This document shows, piece after piece, positions 33,901 through 43,707 of a stretch of 51,337 nt of DNA (positions within the stretch are counted from its first letter, which is position 1; every line of letters begins with the position of its first letter). Both the position numbers and the translations under genes were made by a program. The stretch comes from a virus. Lineage: Duplodnaviria > Heunggongvirae > Uroviricota > Caudoviricetes. Under the pieces are notes generated by a model. It was given only the letters and a program-made list of their open reading frames with translations, was not told where the DNA came from and made no database searches. The stretch lies in the IMG/VR virus record IMGVR_UViG_3300043399_001190; one strand, given 5' to 3'.

Positions 33901-34971
33901 ATGAGTGCTGAATTTAAAAATAGAATCGGGCAAGATAACTTCGTTTGGTGGTTAGGCGTTGTTGAAGACAGACAAGATCCATTAAATTTAGGTCGTTGCA
34001 AAGTTAGAATATTTGGTTGGCATACAGAAAATAAAGAATTAATACCAACAGAGTTTTTACCTTGGGCACAGCCAATGGTACCAGTAAATCAATCTTTAAC
34101 AAATGGTACCGCACAAGAAGGTGATTATGTTTTTGGTTTCTTTTTTGATGGGCTTTCAGGTCAAGCTCCATGTATTGTTGGAGTGTTTCCAGGTATACCA
34201 CAAGAATTCGTAAACAACTCAAAAGGTTTCACGGACGCAAGAACTGAAAGTTTGCTGGAACAGTCACCACGAAAACCAAACATTGAAAACTCTTCATGGA
34301 CAGAAGGTCAACCGAAACTGAACCCAACAATCATCGGAGAACCGACAACAAGCAGAGTTTATAGAAATGAAAAAATTGATGAAACGTTAATAGGCTACAG
34401 AATAAACACTTTGGACGAGAATGTTCCAACAGCAGATGGATCTACTTGGTCGGAGCCAACAACAACTTATGATAGTAAAGCTCCATATAATAGAGTTTTT
34501 GAATCGGAATCTGGGCATTTATTAGAATTTGATGATACACCTGGGCACGAAAGAATAAACTTAACACATAGAAAAGGTTCGTTTGTTGAGTTTTATCCCG
34601 ATGGTCAAAGAGTTACGAAAATTTTAGCAAAAGACTACGAAATAGTTTTGGATGATAAGAATATACATATTAAGGGTACGTGCAATGTAACGATTGACGG
34701 AGACACGAATCTTTATGTTAAAGGTAACGTTAATGAAAAAATTGACGGTAACAAAGAAACGACAATTTTAGGAAACTATGACGTATCTGTTACCGGAGAT
34801 GTAAAAATTGACGGAAAAACAATCAACTTGAATAGTGGCACAAAGGGTGCTGCAAGAATTGGTGATACTGCTGATACTGGTGATGCAGGCACAGGATCAC
34901 ATTTCGATACGAATTCGGCCGGCACGAACGTTATCGAAACTGGTTCTTCCACAGTTTTTATTGGAGATTAA
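33901..34971 (+). CDS. 5: central spike gp5 without lysozyme domain
   Basis: WWLGVVEDRQDPLNLGRCKVRIFG OB-fold, ESESGH..EFDDTPG.ERI, beta-helix repeats. Confidence 0.93.
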   Translation: MSAEFKNRIGQDNFVWWLGVVEDRQDPLNLGRCKVRIFGWHTENKELIPTEFLPWAQPMVPVNQSLTNGTAQEGDYVFGFFFDGLSGQAPCIVGVFPGIPQEFVNNSKGFTDARTESLLEQSPRKPNIENSSWTEGQPKLNPTIIGEPTTSRVYRNEKIDETLIGYRINTLDENVPTADGSTWSEPTTTYDSKAPYNRVFESESGHLLEFDDTPGHERINLTHRKGSFVEFYPDGQRVTKILAKDYEIVLDDKNIHIKGTCNVTIDGDTNLYVKGNVNEKIDGNKETTILGNYDVSVTGDVKIDGKTINLNSGTKGAARIGDTADTGDAGTGSHFDTNSAGTNVIETGSSTVFIGD

Positions 34972-35062
34972 AAATTTCGAAAATCCTTCTCCGGCCACCT
35001 AAATTTTCCGAGCGAATCCTTGGTTTTGAAAAAGTCATTTTACTCCTACGATAAATAATAAA

Positions 35063-35461
35063 ATGGTAGCACAAACATTAACTAAAAGATATTCAGATAT
35101 AGACTTTGCTTTTACCAGAACACCTGGTAGAAATGATATTGCTTTGAGTTATGATGAAATGGCTGTGATAAGATCGGTTAGATATTTGCTTTTAACTAGA
35201 AATTTTGAACGCCCATTTCAACCAAATTTAGGCTCTAAAATGAATGATTTGCTGTTTGAGCCTATCGATGCTTTGACAGCATCTTCTTTGAGAAATGAAA
35301 TAGAAACAACTATCAATAATTTTGAACCAAGAGTGAAGTTAAATACTATAACTGTGACAGAACAACCCGACAACAATGCATATGCTGTGAGACTTGAGTT
35401 TTATATTGGTAATAATTCACAGCCAACCTCGATTAATTTAACACTTGAGAGAACGAGATAA
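35063..35461 (+). CDS. 25: baseplate wedge gp25
   Basis: YSDIDFAF, ERPFQPNLGS...LLFEP, FEPRV; TAAATA at 35052. Confidence 0.95.
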   Translation: MVAQTLTKRYSDIDFAFTRTPGRNDIALSYDEMAVIRSVRYLLLTRNFERPFQPNLGSKMNDLLFEPIDALTASSLRNEIETTINNFEPRVKLNTITVTEQPDNNAYAVRLEFYIGNNSQPTSINLTLERTR

Positions 35462-35463
35462 AC

Positions 35464-37536
35464 ATGGCAGCAGCTAACTCAGGTCTACAGATTACAAATC
35501 TGGACTTTACTTCAATAAAGTCTAGTCTTAAAAACTTTTTATCGCAACAAGATACACTTAAAGATTACAACTTTGAGGGTTCTGCTCTTTCTGTTCTAGT
35601 AGATTTACTTGCATATAATACACAGTATAATGCTTACTACTTGAACATGGTGGCTAATGAAATGTTTTTAGATTCCGCCGTGCTTAGAAATTCGGTAGTA
35701 TCTCATGCAAAAATGTTGAATTATATACCGAAATCTGCCGTAACACCAAAAGCGACTATAAATTTAACGGTTAATCAAGTAACAACACCAACTTTAACTC
35801 TTCCAAAGTTTACTGAATTTGTATCAGAACCAATTGATGGTGTTAACTATATCTTTGTAACGACAGATGATGAAACAGTAAATGTAAATGCAAACACTGC
35901 TTTCTTTGGAAATATACAAATTTCTCAAGGTATACCATCTTCATACACATACGTAGTAAACACTACAACAAATCCAAAACAAATTTTTGAAATACCTGAT
36001 ACTAACGTAGACACTGCAACTATAGTTGTTTCAGTGCAAGAATCTTCTTCAAATCTTAACTCAGAATCTTACACACAAGCAACAGATTATATCAATTTAA
36101 CACCAACAAGCAAGGTTTATTTCTTGCAAGAAGGTATGAATGGCAGATATGAAATCTACTTCGGCGACAATATTTTAGGTCAATCTCTTGTAAATGGAAA
36201 TATTGTTAATATAACATATTTGTCAACTAATGGAACATCATCTTTTGGTGCAAACAGTTTCACAATCACATCACCAGTTTCTGGTTTCTCTAACACTGTA
36301 ACAGAGGGAGTCAGCGCCGCTTTTGGTGGTGCAGATAGAGAATCAATCAATTCAATTAAATTTACTGCACCAAAAGCCTATGCTGCACAAGGTAGAGCGG
36401 TAACAAAAGAAGATTATATTTACCTAATACAGAACAATTCGACTAATTTGCCAATTGATTCTGTGTCGGTTTGGGGCGGTGAAGAAAATGATCCACCAGT
36501 TTACGGGCAGATTTTCTGTGCAGTAAAACCTTCAGGTGGTTTCACTTTAACACCCACACAAAAAGAAAGATTAATCGATGAAGTAATTAAACCAATCAGC
36601 GTTTTGACGGTCACACCAACTATTGTAGATCCAGATTATACATACGTAAAAATTAATACAAAAGTACTTTATGATCCAAATAAAACAACCTTATCTGGCG
36701 GTCAATTAAAACAAACTGTAATTAATTCAATCAGTAATTTTGGTAAACAAACATTAAATACATTTAATTCAACATTTAAAACACCAACATTAATAACGAC
36801 CGTACAAAACGCTGACCTTTCTATTATAACAAATGAGACAGATATAAGACTACAGAAGAAATTTTATCCAACTTTGAATAGTCGATCAACATATTTCTTA
36901 AATTTCGGTGTTCCATTAAAAAGAAATTATTTCAATGCGGGTGTAAATAGTTTCCCCGATTTTAGTGTCACTGACGTTAATGCACCCGGTTTGGTAAGAA
37001 ACGGTGTTTATTTCGAAGAAGTTCCAACAACGGTTGGAGGTATTGAACGAATCGACATAACAAATCAAGGTATAGCATATACAAGACCACCCATAGTATC
37101 AATAGTAGGTGATGGCCGTGGCGCTGAAGCTTATGCAGTGTTGGCCGCCGGCAGAGTCGTTAGCATTGTGGTGACAAATCCAGGTTTCGATTATACCCAA
37201 GCTACGGTTGTAATAACAAATGCTCCTGGCGATACAACAGGAACACTTGCGTATGCCAGCCCGGTTCTACAAGGATCAATTGGTACACTGAGAACTTATT
37301 ACTATTTAAATAATATTAAATTTATATTAAATAGTAATGCAGGAACAATAGATTATTCAAGTGGGCTTGTGACATTGACCGATTTTACACCATTAAGCAT
37401 CAATAATCCATTAGGTCAATTTACAATATCCGCTGTACCAGATTCTTCAATTATTTCATCCACATATAATAGAATTATTGCTTTAGATGAATTTGATCCC
37501 GACGCAATCACAGTAACAGTTAGTGCATCACAATAA
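35464..37536 (+). CDS. 6: baseplate wedge gp6
   Basis: LDFTSIKSSLK, DYNFEGS, LAYNT.YNAYY.NM, RAVTKEDY, WGGEEN. Confidence 0.95.
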   Translation: MAAANSGLQITNLDFTSIKSSLKNFLSQQDTLKDYNFEGSALSVLVDLLAYNTQYNAYYLNMVANEMFLDSAVLRNSVVSHAKMLNYIPKSAVTPKATINLTVNQVTTPTLTLPKFTEFVSEPIDGVNYIFVTTDDETVNVNANTAFFGNIQISQGIPSSYTYVVNTTTNPKQIFEIPDTNVDTATIVVSVQESSSNLNSESYTQATDYINLTPTSKVYFLQEGMNGRYEIYFGDNILGQSLVNGNIVNITYLSTNGTSSFGANSFTITSPVSGFSNTVTEGVSAAFGGADRESINSIKFTAPKAYAAQGRAVTKEDYIYLIQNNSTNLPIDSVSVWGGEENDPPVYGQIFCAVKPSGGFTLTPTQKERLIDEVIKPISVLTVTPTIVDPDYTYVKINTKVLYDPNKTTLSGGQLKQTVINSISNFGKQTLNTFNSTFKTPTLITTVQNADLSIITNETDIRLQKKFYPTLNSRSTYFLNFGVPLKRNYFNAGVNSFPDFSVTDVNAPGLVRNGVYFEEVPTTVGGIERIDITNQGIAYTRPPIVSIVGDGRGAEAYAVLAAGRVVSIVVTNPGFDYTQATVVITNAPGDTTGTLAYASPVLQGSIGTLRTYYYLNNIKFILNSNAGTIDYSSGLVTLTDFTPLSINNPLGQFTISAVPDSSIISSTYNRIIALDEFDPDAITVTVSASQ

Positions 37537-40500
37537 TGACAACAAATTTTGCAAATAAAACCTCATTAAAGGTACCTTTTCAGTTACCGGAATTCGTTAG
37601 GTCTGATGAAAATCAGACATTTGTTGCTTTCATACAAGCATATTATGAGTGGATGGAACAACAGAACATTGGTTCAGGTAAAGAAGGTGTTATATACGGT
37701 ACACAAAATTTATTAAACTACCAAAACATAGATTTTGTTGAACCTGGTCAACAATTCAATAAATTTATTGACTATTACATAAATGATTTTTTACCAAATT
37801 TCCCTAAGGATGCACTAGCAGACAAATCGAAATTGGTGAAGATTGCAAGAAAATTATATGAGTCTAAAGGCACTCCTGCTTCATACCAATTCCTTTTCAG
37901 AGCATTATTTAATTCTGATGCACAAATATTTTTAACAAGAGATGTTGTTCTAAGAGCTTCTGACGGTAAATGGTATGTTTCAAAAAGCCTTAGACTCGGC
38001 ACAAATGACGAACAATTTCTATCGATTAATAATCTTAGAATTTTTGGTTTAACCTCCAAATCTTTTGCAACTGTCGATAGAAGTGTAAGAGTTGGTAATA
38101 GAATTGAAGTTTACATTTCAAACATTGAAAGATTGTTTGTTTCAGGTGAAGATGTTGTCGTGGTTGACAACAACAATCAAACTCTCTATTTTAAAGATGG
38201 TGTAATTGTACCAAAAGAAACATCAGGCGCAACAAAGTTGCAGGCTAAAATCCTAGGAACAATTTCAAGCGTACAAATAAATCCGGCTAAAAGAGGTCAA
38301 CTTTATAAAGGTAGAGACTCCTTATATCCAGGTGACCCCGTTGTTTTCTACGGTGGTTTAAATGACGTAAACGACATAGGTGCAACCGCCTATGTTTATG
38401 AAACAACGTCGGGTTCTTTACGTGATATTTCAGTAATTAATGGTTCTTATGGTTACCGAGAAGATCCTAATACTGTCATACAATTCGTCGGCGGCGGTGG
38501 TTCTGGCGCAATAGCTAATGTTACAACAGTCGATGTGGCTGGTCAAATAAATGTTGCGTTTATTCCAAAAGACTCAATAACATTATCACAATTAACAAGA
38601 ATAGGTAATACTGTATCCAATATGATACAGTTGAACATTAGAGATTATTTTGCTAATTCCACAATCATAACTGGAAATGTTGTGAGTACATCTGGTGTGG
38701 CAACAGGTGACACAATCACGATTGTTGGCTCAAATAATGAACTTAAATTAGATGGTTCTTACACTGTAACAGTTGCAAATGCAAACTATTTCTTTATAAC
38801 AAATACAAATGGTACACCAACTGGAACATGGTCCGGATTACAAAACGTAGGTTTGACCGCAAAAGGTGAATTTACTGATTACGCTTTTTTCCCAGCAAAT
38901 ACGACCGCAGACTTAAAATCTTCATTGGCTAATGCATTTTATTTTGATGCATTTTCAACTTATCCAATCGGTTCTGTTGTTTTAAATAATGGTGGCGGAG
39001 GTTATGTCTCTTTACCTACAGTATCAGCAAAAAGTTTATATGGTGGCACTTCACCATTCCAAAAAAATAGCTTAAGTGAATTGGGTATATTAGGTCCAAT
39101 AACAATCAATACGCCTGGAATTGGTTATGCAAACGGCGATATAATTAATTTTGAAAACTCGGCCGGCGGTGTCGGCGCCAATGCAGTTGTATCAGTAAAT
39201 GCCACAGGTTCAATTATTAGTGCCACATATACCTATGCCAATACAGATTCAATCATAAAATATCCATTAGGTGGTTTGGGTTATAAACAACAAAGTTTAC
39301 CAACATTATCAGTCGCATCTTCTGGTGGAGCTGGAGCCGTATTAACAGTTAACACCGTTTTAGGTGACGGTGCAACATTCTTACCTGTTTCAGATGAAAG
39401 AGGTATTGGTGCTATCACCTCATTTATTATTGAAAATTTTGGTGAAGATTACATTTCTGCACCTTCTGTTTCTCTGCGTGTTAGAGATTTGGTTGTATCG
39501 AACGTATCACTTTCAACATTACCTAAAAAAGGTGACGTAGTTTATCAGGGAACAGATTTAGCAACTTCAGTATTTAAAGCTAATGTCGATTCCATTTTCT
39601 TATTGGAACCAGGACCAACAACAGAAACATCAAAATATGTTCTTAGAACATATAATTATACTTCGAATACGAAAACAAACTTACAATTAACAATCGATAG
39701 AACGCCTTCAGCAAACATCTATCTTGATTTAGATGTAACTTACAATATCGCTAATGTTTCCACAGGTGAAGTGATTTACCAAAGTGGTATCAGAACATAT
39801 GGTAATGGTGCCGCTCAAGCTACAGCAAAATTCTTGAATGGTTTGATTGTAGGTGAAGGTAGATACATCAATGATGATGGTTTCTTAAGTTCAAATCAAG
39901 TGCTTGAAGATGAAAATTATAATAATTACACCTATGACTTGACAGTTCAAGCTTCTTTTGCCGCCTATAAAGATATATTATATAAATTATTACATCCATC
40001 AGGAACAAAAGTCGTTCCTTTCAACGCACTGAAGTCGCAAAAACAGATCAATATACACAGAGAAAGTTTTCAATCAAATTCATACACTTTGGGTCATTAT
40101 ACAGGTGATGCGGGATCGAATGCTGCAATGTTTACAACATTCGAAAGACCAAGCAACAATATTATACATTTCGGTTCTTTAGTTGGTGCAAACATTGCAC
40201 AAATTATCAACGTCGGATCAATTATATCCATATCACAGTATCAAGGACCTAATGTTTATTCGGATATTATTTCTGTAGATTACACCACAGACAATGCTGT
40301 TATACGCAGCAATGTATTTACTTCTTTCGCAAATGTTGCACTGGCTAATGTTACAACTTCAAATGATAGAATAAATATAACATCATTCACTGGGCAATAT
40401 GATTTGATTAACAATGGTGAATACAGTAATACAGAAAACAAACTTCGTGATATAGCCTTCATTGGAGATAGAATTCGTGTCGTTTCAGGTACAAATGTTT

Positions 40501-40724
40501 TCCATGGAACAATTACATATGTTAGTTACCCAAATAATGTTATTTTTGCAAACTCTACACTGGGTTTCACCGCAACAGATGCAAAAGTTTCTATTGCAAG
40601 AGATATTGTTTCAACAGATGTTGTCATATACAACACACTTGGAACAGTATTTTATCCAGAATTACTCACACAAGATGGCAAAAATATAATAACCCAAGAT
40701 GGTAGAACCCTCATTTTAGGATAA
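37536..40724 (+). CDS. baseplate wedge gp7-like
   Basis: QLPEFVR, Y.SKGTPASY.FLFR.LF, ASDGKW, LLHPSGTK; position between 6 and 8. Confidence 0.75.
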   Translation: MTTNFANKTSLKVPFQLPEFVRSDENQTFVAFIQAYYEWMEQQNIGSGKEGVIYGTQNLLNYQNIDFVEPGQQFNKFIDYYINDFLPNFPKDALADKSKLVKIARKLYESKGTPASYQFLFRALFNSDAQIFLTRDVVLRASDGKWYVSKSLRLGTNDEQFLSINNLRIFGLTSKSFATVDRSVRVGNRIEVYISNIERLFVSGEDVVVVDNNNQTLYFKDGVIVPKETSGATKLQAKILGTISSVQINPAKRGQLYKGRDSLYPGDPVVFYGGLNDVNDIGATAYVYETTSGSLRDISVINGSYGYREDPNTVIQFVGGGGSGAIANVTTVDVAGQINVAFIPKDSITLSQLTRIGNTVSNMIQLNIRDYFANSTIITGNVVSTSGVATGDTITIVGSNNELKLDGSYTVTVANANYFFITNTNGTPTGTWSGLQNVGLTAKGEFTDYAFFPANTTADLKSSLANAFYFDAFSTYPIGSVVLNNGGGGYVSLPTVSAKSLYGGTSPFQKNSLSELGILGPITINTPGIGYANGDIINFENSAGGVGANAVVSVNATGSIISATYTYANTDSIIKYPLGGLGYKQQSLPTLSVASSGGAGAVLTVNTVLGDGATFLPVSDERGIGAITSFIIENFGEDYISAPSVSLRVRDLVVSNVSLSTLPKKGDVVYQGTDLATSVFKANVDSIFLLEPGPTTETSKYVLRTYNYTSNTKTNLQLTIDRTPSANIYLDLDVTYNIANVSTGEVIYQSGIRTYGNGAAQATAKFLNGLIVGEGRYINDDGFLSSNQVLEDENYNNYTYDLTVQASFAAYKDILYKLLHPSGTKVVPFNALKSQKQINIHRESFQSNSYTLGHYTGDAGSNAAMFTTFERPSNNIIHFGSLVGANIAQIINVGSIISISQYQGPNVYSDIISVDYTTDNAVIRSNVFTSFANVALANVTTSNDRINITSFTGQYDLINNGEYSNTENKLRDIAFIGDRIRVVSGTNVFHGTITYVSYPNNVIFANSTLGFTATDAKVSIARDIVSTDVVIYNTLGTVFYPELLTQDGKNIITQDGRTLILG

Positions 40725-40727
40725 AAA

Positions 40728-42302
40728 ATGTCAACAGTAAAGATTACCGATTTACCGAAAATTAGTACAATTAATGCCAACACAGCAAATACCGTATTGG
40801 TTGGTGTTGATATACCGACCAATATTACAGGTCAAATGACCCTTACAACATTAGCAGCCGGTTTATATTCAAATAATAATCTTACCGTCGGTGAAAACTA
40901 TACAATTTTACCTAATGTTGTTGGTCAATTTACAGGTAACTCTACAAGTTATATTCAAATTAACTTACAAAACCTTGAAAGTGATGGTTCAGCGGACTAT
41001 GTTATAACTGCCGATATTGGAGATGATACAAATTATTACGTTGATTTAGGTTTAAATGGATCAAATTACAATTATGCAGGTTATACTTTTGCAAATAAAT
41101 TGGATGGGTATCTAGTTGTACAAGGAAGTAATACTGCTCCTGCTTCACCTGGAGGTAATTTGGTCATTGGTACGACCACAGTTGGTAAAGATATCACCTT
41201 TACACAAGGAGCTTTCGACACTTCTGGCCAAGTTGCAAAATTTATTTACAATACTGGTTTTAAACTTCTGAAAAAACCACTAATTTTTGCTGATGGTACA
41301 CAACAAAACACCGCCGTTCTCTATTCAGATGTTGATGCAAGAGTAACAGCAAATGCTGCATCCGCAAACTCCGTAATCAATAGTAGAATATCTTCGAACG
41401 TTGCTACTGTAACTACGTTCACTCAAGCGGCTTTCGATAAAGCTAATAACGCATTAGCTAATGAAACAGGAACATTCACAGGCGATTTGACTATTACCGG
41501 TGACACGAATATTCTGAAAACACTACATGTACACAACACGGCACTACCAGGTAATACACAATTTATTGTTGTAACAAATACGGTCGGTGAAACAATTAGT
41601 GCGCCTTCCAATCCTGGTTATACTTTCCATTCCGCCATTGAAGGCAATGGTAACCGTGTTGTTTCAGAATCATACGGTGCAAACACAGACAATTACACCG
41701 CATTTATTGGCCGCCGTGCAAGAGGTACAGCCTCAGCACCAACAGCCGTACAAAATGGTGACATTATCTTAAGAGTTGGTGGAAATGGCTACGGAGCAAC
41801 GAAGTTTAGTCAATTCTCGGATGCCAGAATTGAATTTGTTGCCACACAAACACATACAGATACCTCAAAAGGAACACAAATACAATTCTGGACAACACCA
41901 TCCGGATCAAACACTGCGGCACAAATTGGTACAATGAATGGTGATGCAGTGTCATTTACTGGGGTTGTTTCACCACAAAAAGGTTTCATTTATACACCAA
42001 GAATTTTGACTGGGGCTCAGACTGCAATTACAATTGATTTTGCCACAGATTCCATGGTTAGAGCAGAATTTAATTCAACATTGACCATGTCCTTTACGAA
42101 TTATACATATGGTAAAGTTGTTGAAGCATGGCTTACAAACACCGCAGGTAATGGGCAAACTATTAACATGGGTGTTCTTGCAAACAATTCTACAACGGGT
42201 TCAGCATCTTTATCTGTAGCTTCAGGTCGATCAGCAAAATTACAATACTTCAGTATTGATGGTGATTTGTCGAATACATTTGTTGCAGTAACTTACGCTT
42301 AA
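40728..42302 (+). CDS. virion structural/fibre-like protein
   Basis: MSTVKITDLP start, FADGTQQNTA, RARGTASAPTAVQNGD; beta-rich. Confidence 0.7.
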   Translation: MSTVKITDLPKISTINANTANTVLVGVDIPTNITGQMTLTTLAAGLYSNNNLTVGENYTILPNVVGQFTGNSTSYIQINLQNLESDGSADYVITADIGDDTNYYVDLGLNGSNYNYAGYTFANKLDGYLVVQGSNTAPASPGGNLVIGTTTVGKDITFTQGAFDTSGQVAKFIYNTGFKLLKKPLIFADGTQQNTAVLYSDVDARVTANAASANSVINSRISSNVATVTTFTQAAFDKANNALANETGTFTGDLTITGDTNILKTLHVHNTALPGNTQFIVVTNTVGETISAPSNPGYTFHSAIEGNGNRVVSESYGANTDNYTAFIGRRARGTASAPTAVQNGDIILRVGGNGYGATKFSQFSDARIEFVATQTHTDTSKGTQIQFWTTPSGSNTAAQIGTMNGDAVSFTGVVSPQKGFIYTPRILTGAQTAITIDFATDSMVRAEFNSTLTMSFTNYTYGKVVEAWLTNTAGNGQTINMGVLANNSTTGSASLSVASGRSAKLQYFSIDGDLSNTFVAVTYA

Positions 42303-42315
42303 TTGGATATAAAAA

Positions 42316-43698
42316 ATGGCAGCTAATACAGGCATTTTAACATATAATAATGGTTACAACCAAACAAAATACATTTATTTTGCACCAACTTCTACGATTG
42401 CAACAACGCAAGAACCCCTTGCAACATATTATTGCTTTCTATCTAGAGTGATACCTTGGACTAATGAAGAGTTACCACCGGCACCACTTCAGGACACAAA
42501 ATCCATTAATCAAGTATTCAAGAATATGTTCGTGGCAAAAAAGATTACGAGCAATGATATTAGCCCAGTAATTGAAAGAATAGATTGGCTTTCTGGTGAA
42601 GTTTATTCGTATTATCAAGATGATGTTAACATGTTTGAGCTTGATATTAACGGAACAATATTAAGAAGATTCTATGTTAAGAATCGATTCGATCAAGTTT
42701 TTAAATGTTTGTGGAACGCAAATGGTGCACCTTCAACAGTTGAACCTTATTTTGAGCCTGGCACATTTAATGATAACTTAATTTTCCAAGGTAATGATGA
42801 TTACAAATGGAAATATATGTATACAATTACAGCGGGTTCCAAACTTAAATTTATGGACGATGCATGGATGCCAGTTCCTGTGGCGAACATTGCACCAAAT
42901 CCAATTTACAATACTGCTGGTTCAGGTTCTATCGACGTTATTAATGTCACGTATGGTGGAACGGGATACGATCCTTCCAATTCTCAAATTTTTGTTACCG
43001 TTACAGGACCTAACACTTCGCAAGCTACAGCAAATGCAACGGTTGTTGCAGGACAAATTACAGATATTGTCGTTGCCAATAAAGGTTCAAATTATGTTTA
43101 TGCAAATGTGGTAATTTCTTCCGCCAATGGCTCAGGAGCCACAGCAATTGCACCAGTTTCACCAATAGGTGGGCACGGATATAGTGTTCCTACTGAACTC
43201 GGTGCCAGACATGTTATGCTTACTGTTAATTTTTCAAAAGATGAAAATGGTAATTTACCAACAAATATTGATTTTAGACAAATAGGTGTTCTTGTTAACC
43301 CATTAGAAATAAAAAGTGCCACATCTTATGGATTAGCTGATAATGAAATCTATAAATTAAGCACAGATTATATTGTCTCACCTGGTTTTGGTAATTATAT
43401 TACGGATGAAATCGTTTATCAGTCTGGCGACGGTACTTTTGAATCGGCGACATTCACTGCAACAGTTTTGAGTTTTGATGATATAACCAATAGACTTCGT
43501 GTAATAAATACCAATGGTACCGCAAATAGCAGTCAAATTATTTACGGTCAAACATCAAGTACAGCTAGAGTTATAACAAAAACTGAAACGCCAGAATTAG
43601 TGCCATTTTCTGGTTATATAACTTATATTGAAAATAGAGAACCAGTTGCAAGAGATCCGGACGGCTCAGAACAATTTAGATTAGTTTTAGGATACTAA
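42316..43698 (+). CDS. 8: baseplate wedge gp8
   Basis: FYVKN..DQVFKCLWN, DYKWKYMY, GGHG, FRQIG, YIENR. Confidence 0.9.
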   Translation: MAANTGILTYNNGYNQTKYIYFAPTSTIATTQEPLATYYCFLSRVIPWTNEELPPAPLQDTKSINQVFKNMFVAKKITSNDISPVIERIDWLSGEVYSYYQDDVNMFELDINGTILRRFYVKNRFDQVFKCLWNANGAPSTVEPYFEPGTFNDNLIFQGNDDYKWKYMYTITAGSKLKFMDDAWMPVPVANIAPNPIYNTAGSGSIDVINVTYGGTGYDPSNSQIFVTVTGPNTSQATANATVVAGQITDIVVANKGSNYVYANVVISSANGSGATAIAPVSPIGGHGYSVPTELGARHVMLTVNFSKDENGNLPTNIDFRQIGVLVNPLEIKSATSYGLADNEIYKLSTDYIVSPGFGNYITDEIVYQSGDGTFESATFTATVLSFDDITNRLRVINTNGTANSSQIIYGQTSSTARVITKTETPELVPFSGYITYIENREPVARDPDGSEQFRLVLGY

Positions 43699-43707
43699 AG
43701 GAAAAAA

